DNA from: an uncultured Chloroflexia bacterium
GTDB taxonomy: Bacteria; Chloroflexota; Dehalococcoidia; GIF9; UBA5629
Direction: 5' to 3'
Assembly (NCBI GenBank): GCA_963754385.1
Contig: CAVWGE010000001.1
Location: forward strand, 8,575 to 72,574
DNA: 64,000 nucleotides
Shown: one piece after another, positions 12,874 to 21,506 of the stretch
How positions within the stretch are numbered: position 1 is the first letter of the stretch
How the letters are laid out: every line of letters starts with the position of its first letter
The notes under the pieces: model-generated
Told to the model about the DNA's origin: nothing
What the model saw: only the letters and a program-made list of their open reading frames with translations
Database searches by the model: none
Program-made: the position numbers and the translations under genes

Positions 12874-14193
12874 TCATTCCCTTCCTTTATTAAAGAAGCT
12901 GGCCCATGGGTCGATGCTCTGGTATCTCTCACCCGGTTTCCAACGTTTCAGAGTTTCTGGCAGCCTGCCCTTCATCGGTTTTGGCCAGTACTGTGGCGTA
13001 TACTGCTCTTTACCGTAATTAGGATTCACCGTGCACCTCATAGAGACAGTGCCACCCCAGATACCCATGGCTACACAATAGTTGTCTCTTTTACACATTG
13101 CAATTTCGTTCACTTTGCCTTCTGCTACCTTATTGGGCCAATCCGGGTCAGCGATTGCCTGTCTGCCTAAAGCTACCATATCGGTTTCACCATCCTTAAT
13201 AACTTTCTCAGCCACTGCGGGTGTCTGAAAACCGGCTGAAATAACTGGGATTTTGATTACAGCCTTTAATTTCTTGCCTTGGGCTTCCAGCAGTTCATAA
13301 TTATCGGGAGTATCAGGGAAGAAGTGCTTAAAATCATCGTAGCCAGAGCCATTGGAAAGGCTGATAGCATCTGCCCCAGCCTCTTCAAACAACTTGGCCG
13401 CATTGCGTACATCTTCGGGTTTAATCCCGTCCGGTTGGTACTCCCGGCCGCTCATGCGTACCACAATCGGTACACTGTTTTTGAATTCCTTTCTCAACAT
13501 GGTTAACAATTCTGTAATATATCGGGCGCGGTTTTCCACTGACCCACCATACTGATCGGTACGTTTATTAATGCGAGGAGACAAGAATTGATGTAGGCCA
13601 TAACCATGAGGCCCATGGATTTCAATCCCATCAAAACCAGCTAGTATGGCTAATTCGGCAGCCCTGACAAAACTTTTCTGGTCGGCATGAATTTCATCTA
13701 CAGTCATTGCCCTGGGAATAGCGAGTAGGTGATTGGTCCAGTCATTACGCCAGTATTTCGCCCAGGCACGAGTTGACTTAGCTTTTAGCAGACCCTCATA
13801 CAGTTCCTCTCTTTTAAATGGCGTGGCTGAAGAACTTTTGGCATTGGTTCTGCCGGTCTGTCGGCCAAAACCGGGACTCAGTTGGGCGAAGATTTTGGTA
13901 TTGGTACCCATGGAGTGTATCGATTCTGTAAAATCACTCCAGTATCCCATGTTAAAACTCCCAGGATACAGATAAGGCACAAAAGGATACTCATCTCTTG
14001 CCCCTTTATTAGTAATTATCGAGCCCGTGGTAAGAAGCCCGAAGCCCCCAAGAGCTCTGGCATTGAAATAACAAATATACTGCAGGGTTACGTGACTATC
14101 CCGATCACCTTGCTGGTTCATTGGAGCCATAGCAATCCGGTTTTTGATTGTCACTGGTCCGATTTTAATTTGTTCAAAAAGCTTATCGTACAC
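12874..14193 (-). CDS. Old-yellow-enzyme family NADH:flavin oxidoreductase (enoate / enoyl-CoA reductase-like)
   Basis: 439 aa TIM barrel. N-terminus 'IGPVTIKNRIAMAPM' and an internal HGAHGYL-like motif ('IEIHGPHGYGLHQFLSP'). Confidence 0.65.
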   Translation of the reverse strand: MYDKLFEQIKIGPVTIKNRIAMAPMNQQGDRDSHVTLQYICYFNARALGGFGLLTTGSIITNKGARDEYPFVPYLYPGSFNMGYWSDFTESIHSMGTNTKIFAQLSPGFGRQTGRTNAKSSSATPFKREELYEGLLKAKSTRAWAKYWRNDWTNHLLAIPRAMTVDEIHADQKSFVRAAELAILAGFDGIEIHGPHGYGLHQFLSPRINKRTDQYGGSVENRARYITELLTMLRKEFKNSVPIVVRMSGREYQPDGIKPEDVRNAAKLFEEAGADAISLSNGSGYDDFKHFFPDTPDNYELLEAQGKKLKAVIKIPVISAGFQTPAVAEKVIKDGETDMVALGRQAIADPDWPNKVAEGKVNEIAMCKRDNYCVAMGIWGGTVSMRCTVNPNYGKEQYTPQYWPKPMKGRLPETLKRWKPGERYQSIDPWASFFNKGRE

Positions 14194-14244
14194 TTTAAAT
14201 TTCCTCCTTCTGTTTCGCTCGATTTTTGCTGCTCATTTTGCAAT

Positions 14245-15249
14245 TCAGATTTTAGGTGGTGAAACCTTTAGTATCTTAGCCAGATTGAGTCCAGCCCAAT
14301 TTGCTCTATCATCTTCGCTCAGAGGTGGGTATCCATAGTCTTTTTGCACTTGCTCTGAAATATTAAACTTTTGCAGGAGATCGACTTCATCTTTGCTTGG
14401 TCCTAAATCTGTACCCCAGACTATTTTGTTAATTCCAGCAAACCTGATTGCTTCGCCCAACAATATCTGGGCTTTCCGACTATTACCATAACCAAAATAC
14501 GGTAGCAGGCTAGTCCCTATATACAAGTTGGGATATTTCAATGCACAAATGTTCAGTTCGTCCGTATATGGATAACCCATATGATATGCCAGTATGGTAA
14601 GTTCAGGAAATTCTTCACACACATCTTCGAGAACAGAAGGCCGACAATATTCTGAGCGCCCTGGCACACACCATGAAGCCCCTGTATGTATGAAGAGGGG
14701 CACACCCAGTTCTTGCAGCTTCTCATAAAAAGGCCACAATTCCTTATTATTAATTGGTGTGTCATCAGCAGGATAGAACTTGACCGCCTTAAAATTCATA
14801 TTTTTTACCAGGTAATCAATTTCCCATATGGCGTTCTTTATTCCCCTGTATATCAATGGACCGACATTACAAACACCCACAAGCCTACCAGGATACTTCT
14901 CCAGCTCTTTAGCCAGCCAACCATTGGTTGACTCCATGCGGGCATAATTTGACATCGGCAGGAATGATTCAGGTAACACACACGCCATGGTTATACCAGC
15001 TTCATCCATTTTCTCAATTAGAGCGCTTGCAGATTCACCGGGTAATTTACCGACTCGCCTCTTTCTGCTTGCTCGAGTTTCCTCGGGAGACCTAACCTCC
15101 TTTATCCCGTACACCGTGTAGGGCTCAAGCTGATAAACGAGATTTCTTACAGCCTTTTGGTTCATCATGTAATAGGGATAGTAACTGATATCACTGGGTT
15201 GAGGTAGCATATGGCATTCACAATCAAAAATGAACATTTTGTGTTCCAA
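14245..15249 (-). CDS. Amidohydrolase-2 family metal-dependent hydrolase/decarboxylase
   Basis: 334 aa. Amidohydro_2-type TIM-barrel motifs (FIHTG; ..KFYPADD..), the family of non-oxidative hydroxybenzoate decarboxylases. Confidence 0.55.
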   Translation of the reverse strand: MEHKMFIFDCECHMLPQPSDISYYPYYMMNQKAVRNLVYQLEPYTVYGIKEVRSPEETRASRKRRVGKLPGESASALIEKMDEAGITMACVLPESFLPMSNYARMESTNGWLAKELEKYPGRLVGVCNVGPLIYRGIKNAIWEIDYLVKNMNFKAVKFYPADDTPINNKELWPFYEKLQELGVPLFIHTGASWCVPGRSEYCRPSVLEDVCEEFPELTILAYHMGYPYTDELNICALKYPNLYIGTSLLPYFGYGNSRKAQILLGEAIRFAGINKIVWGTDLGPSKDEVDLLQKFNISEQVQKDYGYPPLSEDDRANWAGLNLAKILKVSPPKI

Positions 15250-15707
15250 TCCGCGGATTTATATTTGGTCGTGTCCGACCTATTTAATTAAATTATAACA
15301 TTTTTAAAAATGTTGTCAATAGGTAACGCTAATTTTCTGACTTTCCTCAGCCTTTTGCCATCATTAATACTCAAAAACAACCTACAACTCCGTTACCGCC
15401 TACTATGCTTTGGGTAGGTTTGGGTAAATGACATTATGAGAAAGCTATAATATATTTTCCTATAAATACTGAAGTATGGAGGGATTTGTTTGAATAGACT
15501 GGACTAACATGATGAGTGGACTTTTCTGTTCAAATCGATGGGTTTAATACTTGTAAGAGATAGCGCTTAGTGCCTATCTTCAAGCGCATAAATCCGATGT
15601 AGTTACTTCCAAATTAACCTGGGGAAGCAATTACCGAGCCAGAATCCTGACCCTTACATACAATCATAATTGATACCGTCTCGTGCAAACGAGATTAAGA
15701 TAAGACG

Positions 15708-16235
15708 TCATCCAAGATATCTAGGACTAGTCTCTGTCATGATTGGGAAAATATCGAAATATGGACTCCCCTCCTTTCCCTCATATTCCTTAAGCGCTTT
15801 TTCACGCAGCTTGCTGAGGCAATTCCACAGTTGCATTTTCTCTTCCTCTGACAGAATGGACATTATTTGATAGACTGTTGTTGCGTTTTCGGTAATCAAA
15901 GCATATGCATGCCGGCCTTTTTCAGTCACTGTAATCCTGACCCGGCTCTTCTTATCTGTGTCCCTTGTTCTTATCACCAAGCCTTTCTTTTCCATTCGGG
16001 AAAGAAGTTCCGATACCGAGTGTGGTTTCCGAAACAACCACCGTGAGATCTCACAGATGATAGCGCTTTTACCGTTGAGAAATTCTATAGCCTGAATGAT
16101 GAAAAGAACTGCTGCCTCAATGTTTGAAAGGTCGTATTCAGCTAATTCCCTGTTTCTTATTGCCCAAATGGTATCTCTAGTCTGAACCATCAGTAGCCAA
16201 AGTCTGTACTCTTGAGTTAGAAATGAGCCCAACAT
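15708..16235 (-). CDS. MarR-family transcriptional regulator
   Basis: 175 aa winged HTH. Divergent from the ABC importer operon. Confidence 0.65.
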   Translation of the reverse strand: MLGSFLTQEYRLWLLMVQTRDTIWAIRNRELAEYDLSNIEAAVLFIIQAIEFLNGKSAIICEISRWLFRKPHSVSELLSRMEKKGLVIRTRDTDKKSRVRITVTEKGRHAYALITENATTVYQIMSILSEEEKMQLWNCLSKLREKALKEYEGKEGSPYFDIFPIMTETSPRYLG

Positions 16236-16329
16236 AATGAATTCCCTTCTCTTTTAGCATACAAAAAGGTCTTACCCGAAATAATTTAGCAAATTCCAAG
16301 AGATTTTTCAAGGGTATGTAATAAGCTAT

Positions 16330-16362
16330 TGACAAAGTAATAGCTAACATTTTATAATATAA
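16330..16362 (+). promoter_or_regulatory. Sigma70-like promoter (TTGACA-18-TATAAT) upstream of the ABC importer operon
   Basis: 'ttgacaaagtaatagctaacattttataat' read directly. It lies in the divergent marR / ABC intergenic region. Confidence 0.45.
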
Positions 16363-16605
16363 CGAATCGGATACGATTTATATTAATGTCTAGTTAATTT
16401 AAATAAAAATGTGAGGATGATAAGGTGAGCGAACTGTTTCCAACCAAAACAATAGCTATAGAGGTGCTAGGTTGTACTGACGCAACTCGGGATGAGATCT
16501 TATCAAAATTTGTGGTAGAACTAAAATACTCCAAAAGAAAAGGGGGGGGCAAAATGAAATAGTCAGACTAGCTTTAATAAATAGTAAACATACTAAGGAG
16601 GTAAA

Positions 16606-17931
16606 ATGAAAAAGCTGTTTCTAATACTATTAGCAATTGCAACGGTGATTGGTTTGACTTCCGGTGCTTGTAAGTCAGAACCGGCAGTCAAAAAGGAGAT
16701 TCTTGTGGGCTACACTGCGTCGTTAACAGGCGCCTTTGCTGGTTTCGGCGTAGGCCACACATTTGGAGCGCAAGCGGCGATCGATGACATTAATGCACAA
16801 GGAGGAGTATATGTAAAGGAGTACGGACGTAAATTGCCCATCAAATTGATCGTCCGCGATACCGAGAGTGACCCATTAAAGGTAGCGACTCTTGCCGAAC
16901 AGCTGGCTACCCTCGACAATATAGATTTTTTTATAACAGGTAATGAACCACCGGCAATGCACGTCGGCGTAGCCAATGCAGCTGCGCGATATAAAATCCC
17001 ACATATCGGTCGCGTCGCTGTAATGGAACCATGGCTTGAAATGCGGGCAGGTGCTACGCCACCTTGGGAATACACTTGGGCTACTGGTTTTTCAATAGCT
17101 GCCGGGGCCCAGGAAGGGGATTTCCGGTATCAGGTGCCAGGATATACCATACTGTCTATCTGGTTACCGGCGATACAGGGAGTAGCCGATAAAACTAACA
17201 AAACAGTGGGTATATTCGGCTCAGATGATCCTGACGGCAGAGGTTGGTACATGCTGTCCCCCACAGTGTTAGAGGCGAGTGGTTTTACTGTTAGCGGGAT
17301 AGATAAAAAAATAGGGCTGTACACTATTGGAACTACGGATTTCTCATCAATAGTTAATAAGTGGAAAGAAGATCATGTAGAAATACTTTGGGGTAATTGC
17401 ATTGGACCTGACTTGGGAATAATATTGAGACAGGCTCAAGCGCTGGGGTTTCAGCCTAAGATGGTTCTCTGTGGCCGAGCACCCTGCAATTATGTAGATG
17501 TAACTGCTTGGGGTGGTGACCTACCATTAGGCATCTGTGTGGAAAGCAATTGGAGCCCTGAATATCATAGTCCTGGTATTGGTGATACCACACCACAATC
17601 CTTGGCAGCAAGGTGGTCCGATGAGACGGGGCAACCAATTAACTTCAATGTAGGGCTGGGATACTATCCAATCCAGGTCTTGGTTGACGCTATCGAGAGG
17701 GCAGGAACACTTGATGCCAATGCAATCAATAATGCCATAGCGAAAACTGACCTCATGACACTGAACTGGCGTGTGAAGTTTGACAAAAATCAATTCAGTA
17801 TAGACCCGCTAAACCTTGGACAATGGCAAAAGATTGATGCACCAGAGCAATGGGAAATGAAGATAGTCGCTTCCCCGCATGAATTCATAAGGCCCAACGC
17901 TGATCTAATATTTCCTATTCCGTACAAGTAA
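16606..17931 (+). CDS. ABC transporter substrate-binding lipoprotein (LivK / Peripla_BP_6 type)
   Basis: 441 aa. Signal peptide plus lipobox (LTSGAC). Branched-chain/aromatic-acid binding-protein fold features. Confidence 0.7.
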   Translation: MKKLFLILLAIATVIGLTSGACKSEPAVKKEILVGYTASLTGAFAGFGVGHTFGAQAAIDDINAQGGVYVKEYGRKLPIKLIVRDTESDPLKVATLAEQLATLDNIDFFITGNEPPAMHVGVANAAARYKIPHIGRVAVMEPWLEMRAGATPPWEYTWATGFSIAAGAQEGDFRYQVPGYTILSIWLPAIQGVADKTNKTVGIFGSDDPDGRGWYMLSPTVLEASGFTVSGIDKKIGLYTIGTTDFSSIVNKWKEDHVEILWGNCIGPDLGIILRQAQALGFQPKMVLCGRAPCNYVDVTAWGGDLPLGICVESNWSPEYHSPGIGDTTPQSLAARWSDETGQPINFNVGLGYYPIQVLVDAIERAGTLDANAINNAIAKTDLMTLNWRVKFDKNQFSIDPLNLGQWQKIDAPEQWEMKIVASPHEFIRPNADLIFPIPYK

Positions 17932-18045
17932 TAAGGTGGATTAAGTAGCTGTCAGGGGAGCTTAAGACGATACATCTTAAGCTCCCCTGACGCTAGATAG
18001 GCTGAAGGATTTTCTACACGAGTTTAATATTGACTGGAAAAAGTT

Positions 18046-18762
18046 ATGGACCAGACGGTTCTTTCCATCGTTGGAATAACTAAGAGTTTTGGCGGGCTAC
18101 TTGTTCTCAGAGATTTAAGTTTTGATATACAGAACGGCGAAGCCGTGGGTGTTATGGGCCCAAATGGTGCAGGTAAGACAACACTATTAAACATCATAGC
18201 TGGTGAATACAAACCTAACTCTGGAGCAATAAAATTTAATGGAAATGACATCACAGCTCTATCCCCCCAACAAATTTGCCACCTTGGAATTGCCCGAACT
18301 TATCAAATTCCTCAACCCTTTATGAACTTAACCGCTAAACAAAACCTAATGGTGGCAGCTATATATGGGAAAGGCCTAAAAAAAGATGCTGCTGAGAAAG
18401 AAGCTAACGAAATACTTGATATCGTAGGTCTTTCGGAAAAGAAGGATGTGCTGACTAAAGATTTGAGAACGATAACTCTCAAGCTGCTTGAGTTGGCCCG
18501 GGTCCTAGCCACTGGCCCGACGGTGCTGCTGCTCGATGAGGTCGCGGCGGGCTTAACTGAAGCGGAGATACCTCAACTATTAGACATTCTGAAAAGGGTG
18601 CGAACCATGGGCATAACCATTTTGTTAATCGAACATGTTTTACGCGTAATGGCGCAGGTAGTCGATAGGATTGTAGCGCTGGATCAAGGCATTAAAATCG
18701 CTGAGGGCACACTAAAGGAGCTAATGGAAAACAAAAAGGTTATTGAAGCCTATCTTGGTTAG
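18046..18762 (+). CDS. ABC transporter ATP-binding protein (LivG-like)
   Basis: Walker A (GPNGAGKTT), signature (LATGPTVLLLDEVAAGL) and Walker B. Confidence 0.8.
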   Translation: MDQTVLSIVGITKSFGGLLVLRDLSFDIQNGEAVGVMGPNGAGKTTLLNIIAGEYKPNSGAIKFNGNDITALSPQQICHLGIARTYQIPQPFMNLTAKQNLMVAAIYGKGLKKDAAEKEANEILDIVGLSEKKDVLTKDLRTITLKLLELARVLATGPTVLLLDEVAAGLTEAEIPQLLDILKRVRTMGITILLIEHVLRVMAQVVDRIVALDQGIKIAEGTLKELMENKKVIEAYLG

Positions 18763-18796
18763 CAATATTCAAACGCTTGTTTTCAAAGTATATGTA

Positions 18797-19534
18797 ATGG
18801 ATAAACATAGCTATCAGATATCTCAAGATATATTGCTAAAAGTTATCAATATAGACGTGTTTTACGGTAATCTTCAAATCTTGTGGGATATATCATTAGA
18901 AATTAAAACTGGTGAAATCGTAGCTCTTATTGGCTCCAATGCTTCAGGTAAGTCTACCCTGATAAATACAATATCAGGTTTTCTACATCCCGCCCGGGGT
19001 ACTATTGAATTTGAGGGCCAGGATATCTCAACTATGAATCCCTTTCAAACAGTTGACCTCGGTATCTCCCAGGTTCCGGAAGGAAGAATGATCTTTCCCG
19101 AGATGACTGTATTAGATAATCTTATATTAGGTTCATACTGTAGTAGGGCGAGATCCAATAAGAAACAAAACCTCAAAATGGTTTACGAACATTTCCCTTT
19201 ACTAGAAAAGAGGAAAGACCAACTGGCGAGCACACTAAGCGGTGGCGAGCAACAGATGCTAGCGATTGGGCGGGGCTTAATGTCAAACCCAAAGCTTATA
19301 CTTCTTGATGAAATATCACTCGGCCTTGCCCCCTTAGTTATTAATGAACTATATAGGGTTTTGCGGGAAATTATAAGTAGTGGTGTTACTATTCTCTTTG
19401 TCGAACAGAACGTAAAGCGAAGCCTCAAAGAAGCTGATAGAGCATATATTATGAAAACAGGGCGTATTGTTTTACGCAAGAGCGCGGCGGAATTCCAAGA
19501 GGAGGAGATTAAAAAGGCTTACTTCGGGACATAA
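18797..19534 (+). CDS. ABC transporter ATP-binding protein (LivF-like)
   Basis: Walker A (GSNASGKST), LSGGEQQ signature and LLDEIS Walker B. The start is chosen at the internal ATG MDKHSY. Confidence 0.8.
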   Translation: MDKHSYQISQDILLKVINIDVFYGNLQILWDISLEIKTGEIVALIGSNASGKSTLINTISGFLHPARGTIEFEGQDISTMNPFQTVDLGISQVPEGRMIFPEMTVLDNLILGSYCSRARSNKKQNLKMVYEHFPLLEKRKDQLASTLSGGEQQMLAIGRGLMSNPKLILLDEISLGLAPLVINELYRVLREIISSGVTILFVEQNVKRSLKEADRAYIMKTGRIVLRKSAAEFQEEEIKKAYFGT

Positions 19535-19539
19535 AATGA

Positions 19540-20433
19540 TTGGATTGGCACATGTCAGATATGGTCTTGGAAATTATAGTTAAAGCATCTAGTCCTATAA
19601 TTATGGGAGTTCTACTAGGCGGATTATACGCATTAATTGCCTTGGGTCTTTCGCTAGTTTTCGGAGTCATGAAACTGATAAATGTAGCTCACGGAGACTT
19701 AATGATACTCGGCAGCTACTTTGCCTACGCGGTAATGACTGCTTGGGGGATAGACCCAATTCTAAGCTTATTTCTGGGTATACCCCTATGGTTTATGATC
19801 GGTTTTACCATACAAAAATATCTGATGAGCCGAGCCTCTAAGATATCAATGGAAGCCCCGCTCATTATTGCCTTTGGGATTTCTATGATAATTCAAAATC
19901 TTGCCCAGATTATCTGGTCTCCGATGTCAAGGGGTTTAACAACGTTTTATACAGTTGGAGGTCTCAATATTGGTATCGTTTCTATACCGAAAGTATATCT
20001 GCTCGATTTTATTGCCGCTTTAGTAGTGATGCTTCTCCTCCGTGAATTCCTCAGGAGAACCTATTTGGGCAAGGCTATCTCGGCTACCTCTCAGAATAAG
20101 CAGGCAGCTCAACTGATGGGGATAAATACTGGGCGCGTGTATGCCTTCGCCTTCGGCATTGCCATGACAACTGCGGCAGTAGCCGGTGTGTTCCTAGGGT
20201 TGACCTTTCCCTTTACCCCCACATCGGGAATTTCCTTTCTCATCATTGCCTTTGGCGTGGTAATAATAGGAGGTTTAGGCAGTATGCTGGGAACATTTAT
20301 CGGGGGCATGTTCTTAGGATTAGCCCAGTCCCTTGGTGGTTATTTCCTTGGTGCTTCCACTCAGATGTTTTTCCCTTATCTCATAGTACTTGTAGTTCTA
20401 GCGGTAAAGCCTCAAGGAATATTTAGACGTTAA
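19540..20433 (+). CDS. ABC transporter permease (LivH-like)
   Basis: 297-aa polytopic membrane protein immediately after the ATPases. Confidence 0.7.
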   Translation: MDWHMSDMVLEIIVKASSPIIMGVLLGGLYALIALGLSLVFGVMKLINVAHGDLMILGSYFAYAVMTAWGIDPILSLFLGIPLWFMIGFTIQKYLMSRASKISMEAPLIIAFGISMIIQNLAQIIWSPMSRGLTTFYTVGGLNIGIVSIPKVYLLDFIAALVVMLLLREFLRRTYLGKAISATSQNKQAAQLMGINTGRVYAFAFGIAMTTAAVAGVFLGLTFPFTPTSGISFLIIAFGVVIIGGLGSMLGTFIGGMFLGLAQSLGGYFLGASTQMFFPYLIVLVVLAVKPQGIFRR

Positions 20434-20439
20434 CGAACC

Positions 20440-21414
20440 ATGAATAAAATTATTCATCAATTAAGAAAAGGCCTGATACTGCTAGTAGTGCTCGTAGTAG
20501 CGCTGGCGATAATTCCGCTAACAGGGGTCCCTAAGTATTGGATCCTTTACCTTTTTTTGTTTTTCATATACCTAGCTATGGCCAATATATGGAATTTGCT
20601 TGCTGGTTATTCTGGTCTGTTATCTCTATGCCAGCCTGCGTTTATTGGCCTGGCAGGATACACCCTCGCAATAGTCACATGGTTCGGTTTACCTTTTTAT
20701 CTCGGAATAATAGGTGGAGCTATAGTAGCTGCAGTATTTGCCATGCTCATATCTATTCCTCTCTTTAGACTGAGAGGCATATATTTTGCTATCGGCACAC
20801 TAGTTGTACCCGAATTACTGAAGATTGTATTTTTTCTCTGGAGGCCCATCGGCGGGGCACTGCTTGGCGGAGGCGTGGGCTACATGATAAAAGGTAGATC
20901 TGAGCTTTCCATGACAGAGACTTACTGGCTTGCTCTTGCTATCGGGATTATATCAATTTTCCTTGTACGAATAATTTTACAGTCGGAGTTGGGACTGGGT
21001 CTTACTGCGATCAGCGATAACGATAGAACTGCTGCTAGTTCCGGGGTAGGTGTTTTTAAATTGAAGCTCTTCGTCTTCGTTATTGGCAGCCTCGTAACAG
21101 GAATAGCTGGAGCTATCTTCTACATTTACCAAGGATTTATAGAGCCAGTCAGTGCATTCAATATAAGGTGGACAATGACATTAATGCTCGCTACCGTCAT
21201 AGGCGGCATTGGCAGTGAAGTAGGACCGATTTTAGGAACAATCATCATTGTCTTTTTGCACTTCCTTCTAGCTAAGTACGCTGGAATCAGCTTACTCATA
21301 CAGGGCGCAATACTGATTGGCATAATGTTATTGGTACCTCAAGGTATTATCGGCTTCATACGAAAGACTCTAGTTTATCATCCCCTGCAGAAATTAATTG
21401 GGAGGTATAAATGA
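20440..21414 (+). CDS. ABC transporter permease (LivM-like)
   Basis: 324-aa polytopic membrane protein. Completes the five-gene Liv-type importer. Confidence 0.7.
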   Translation: MNKIIHQLRKGLILLVVLVVALAIIPLTGVPKYWILYLFLFFIYLAMANIWNLLAGYSGLLSLCQPAFIGLAGYTLAIVTWFGLPFYLGIIGGAIVAAVFAMLISIPLFRLRGIYFAIGTLVVPELLKIVFFLWRPIGGALLGGGVGYMIKGRSELSMTETYWLALAIGIISIFLVRIILQSELGLGLTAISDNDRTAASSGVGVFKLKLFVFVIGSLVTGIAGAIFYIYQGFIEPVSAFNIRWTMTLMLATVIGGIGSEVGPILGTIIIVFLHFLLAKYAGISLLIQGAILIGIMLLVPQGIIGFIRKTLVYHPLQKLIGRYK

Positions 21415-21506
21415 AATTAGAAAATTAATAATGTAGTATTATTGACAAAAATTGGATGATAGTATAATTTTAATCTCGGATACCATTATTATGATGGAGG
21501 TGAATT

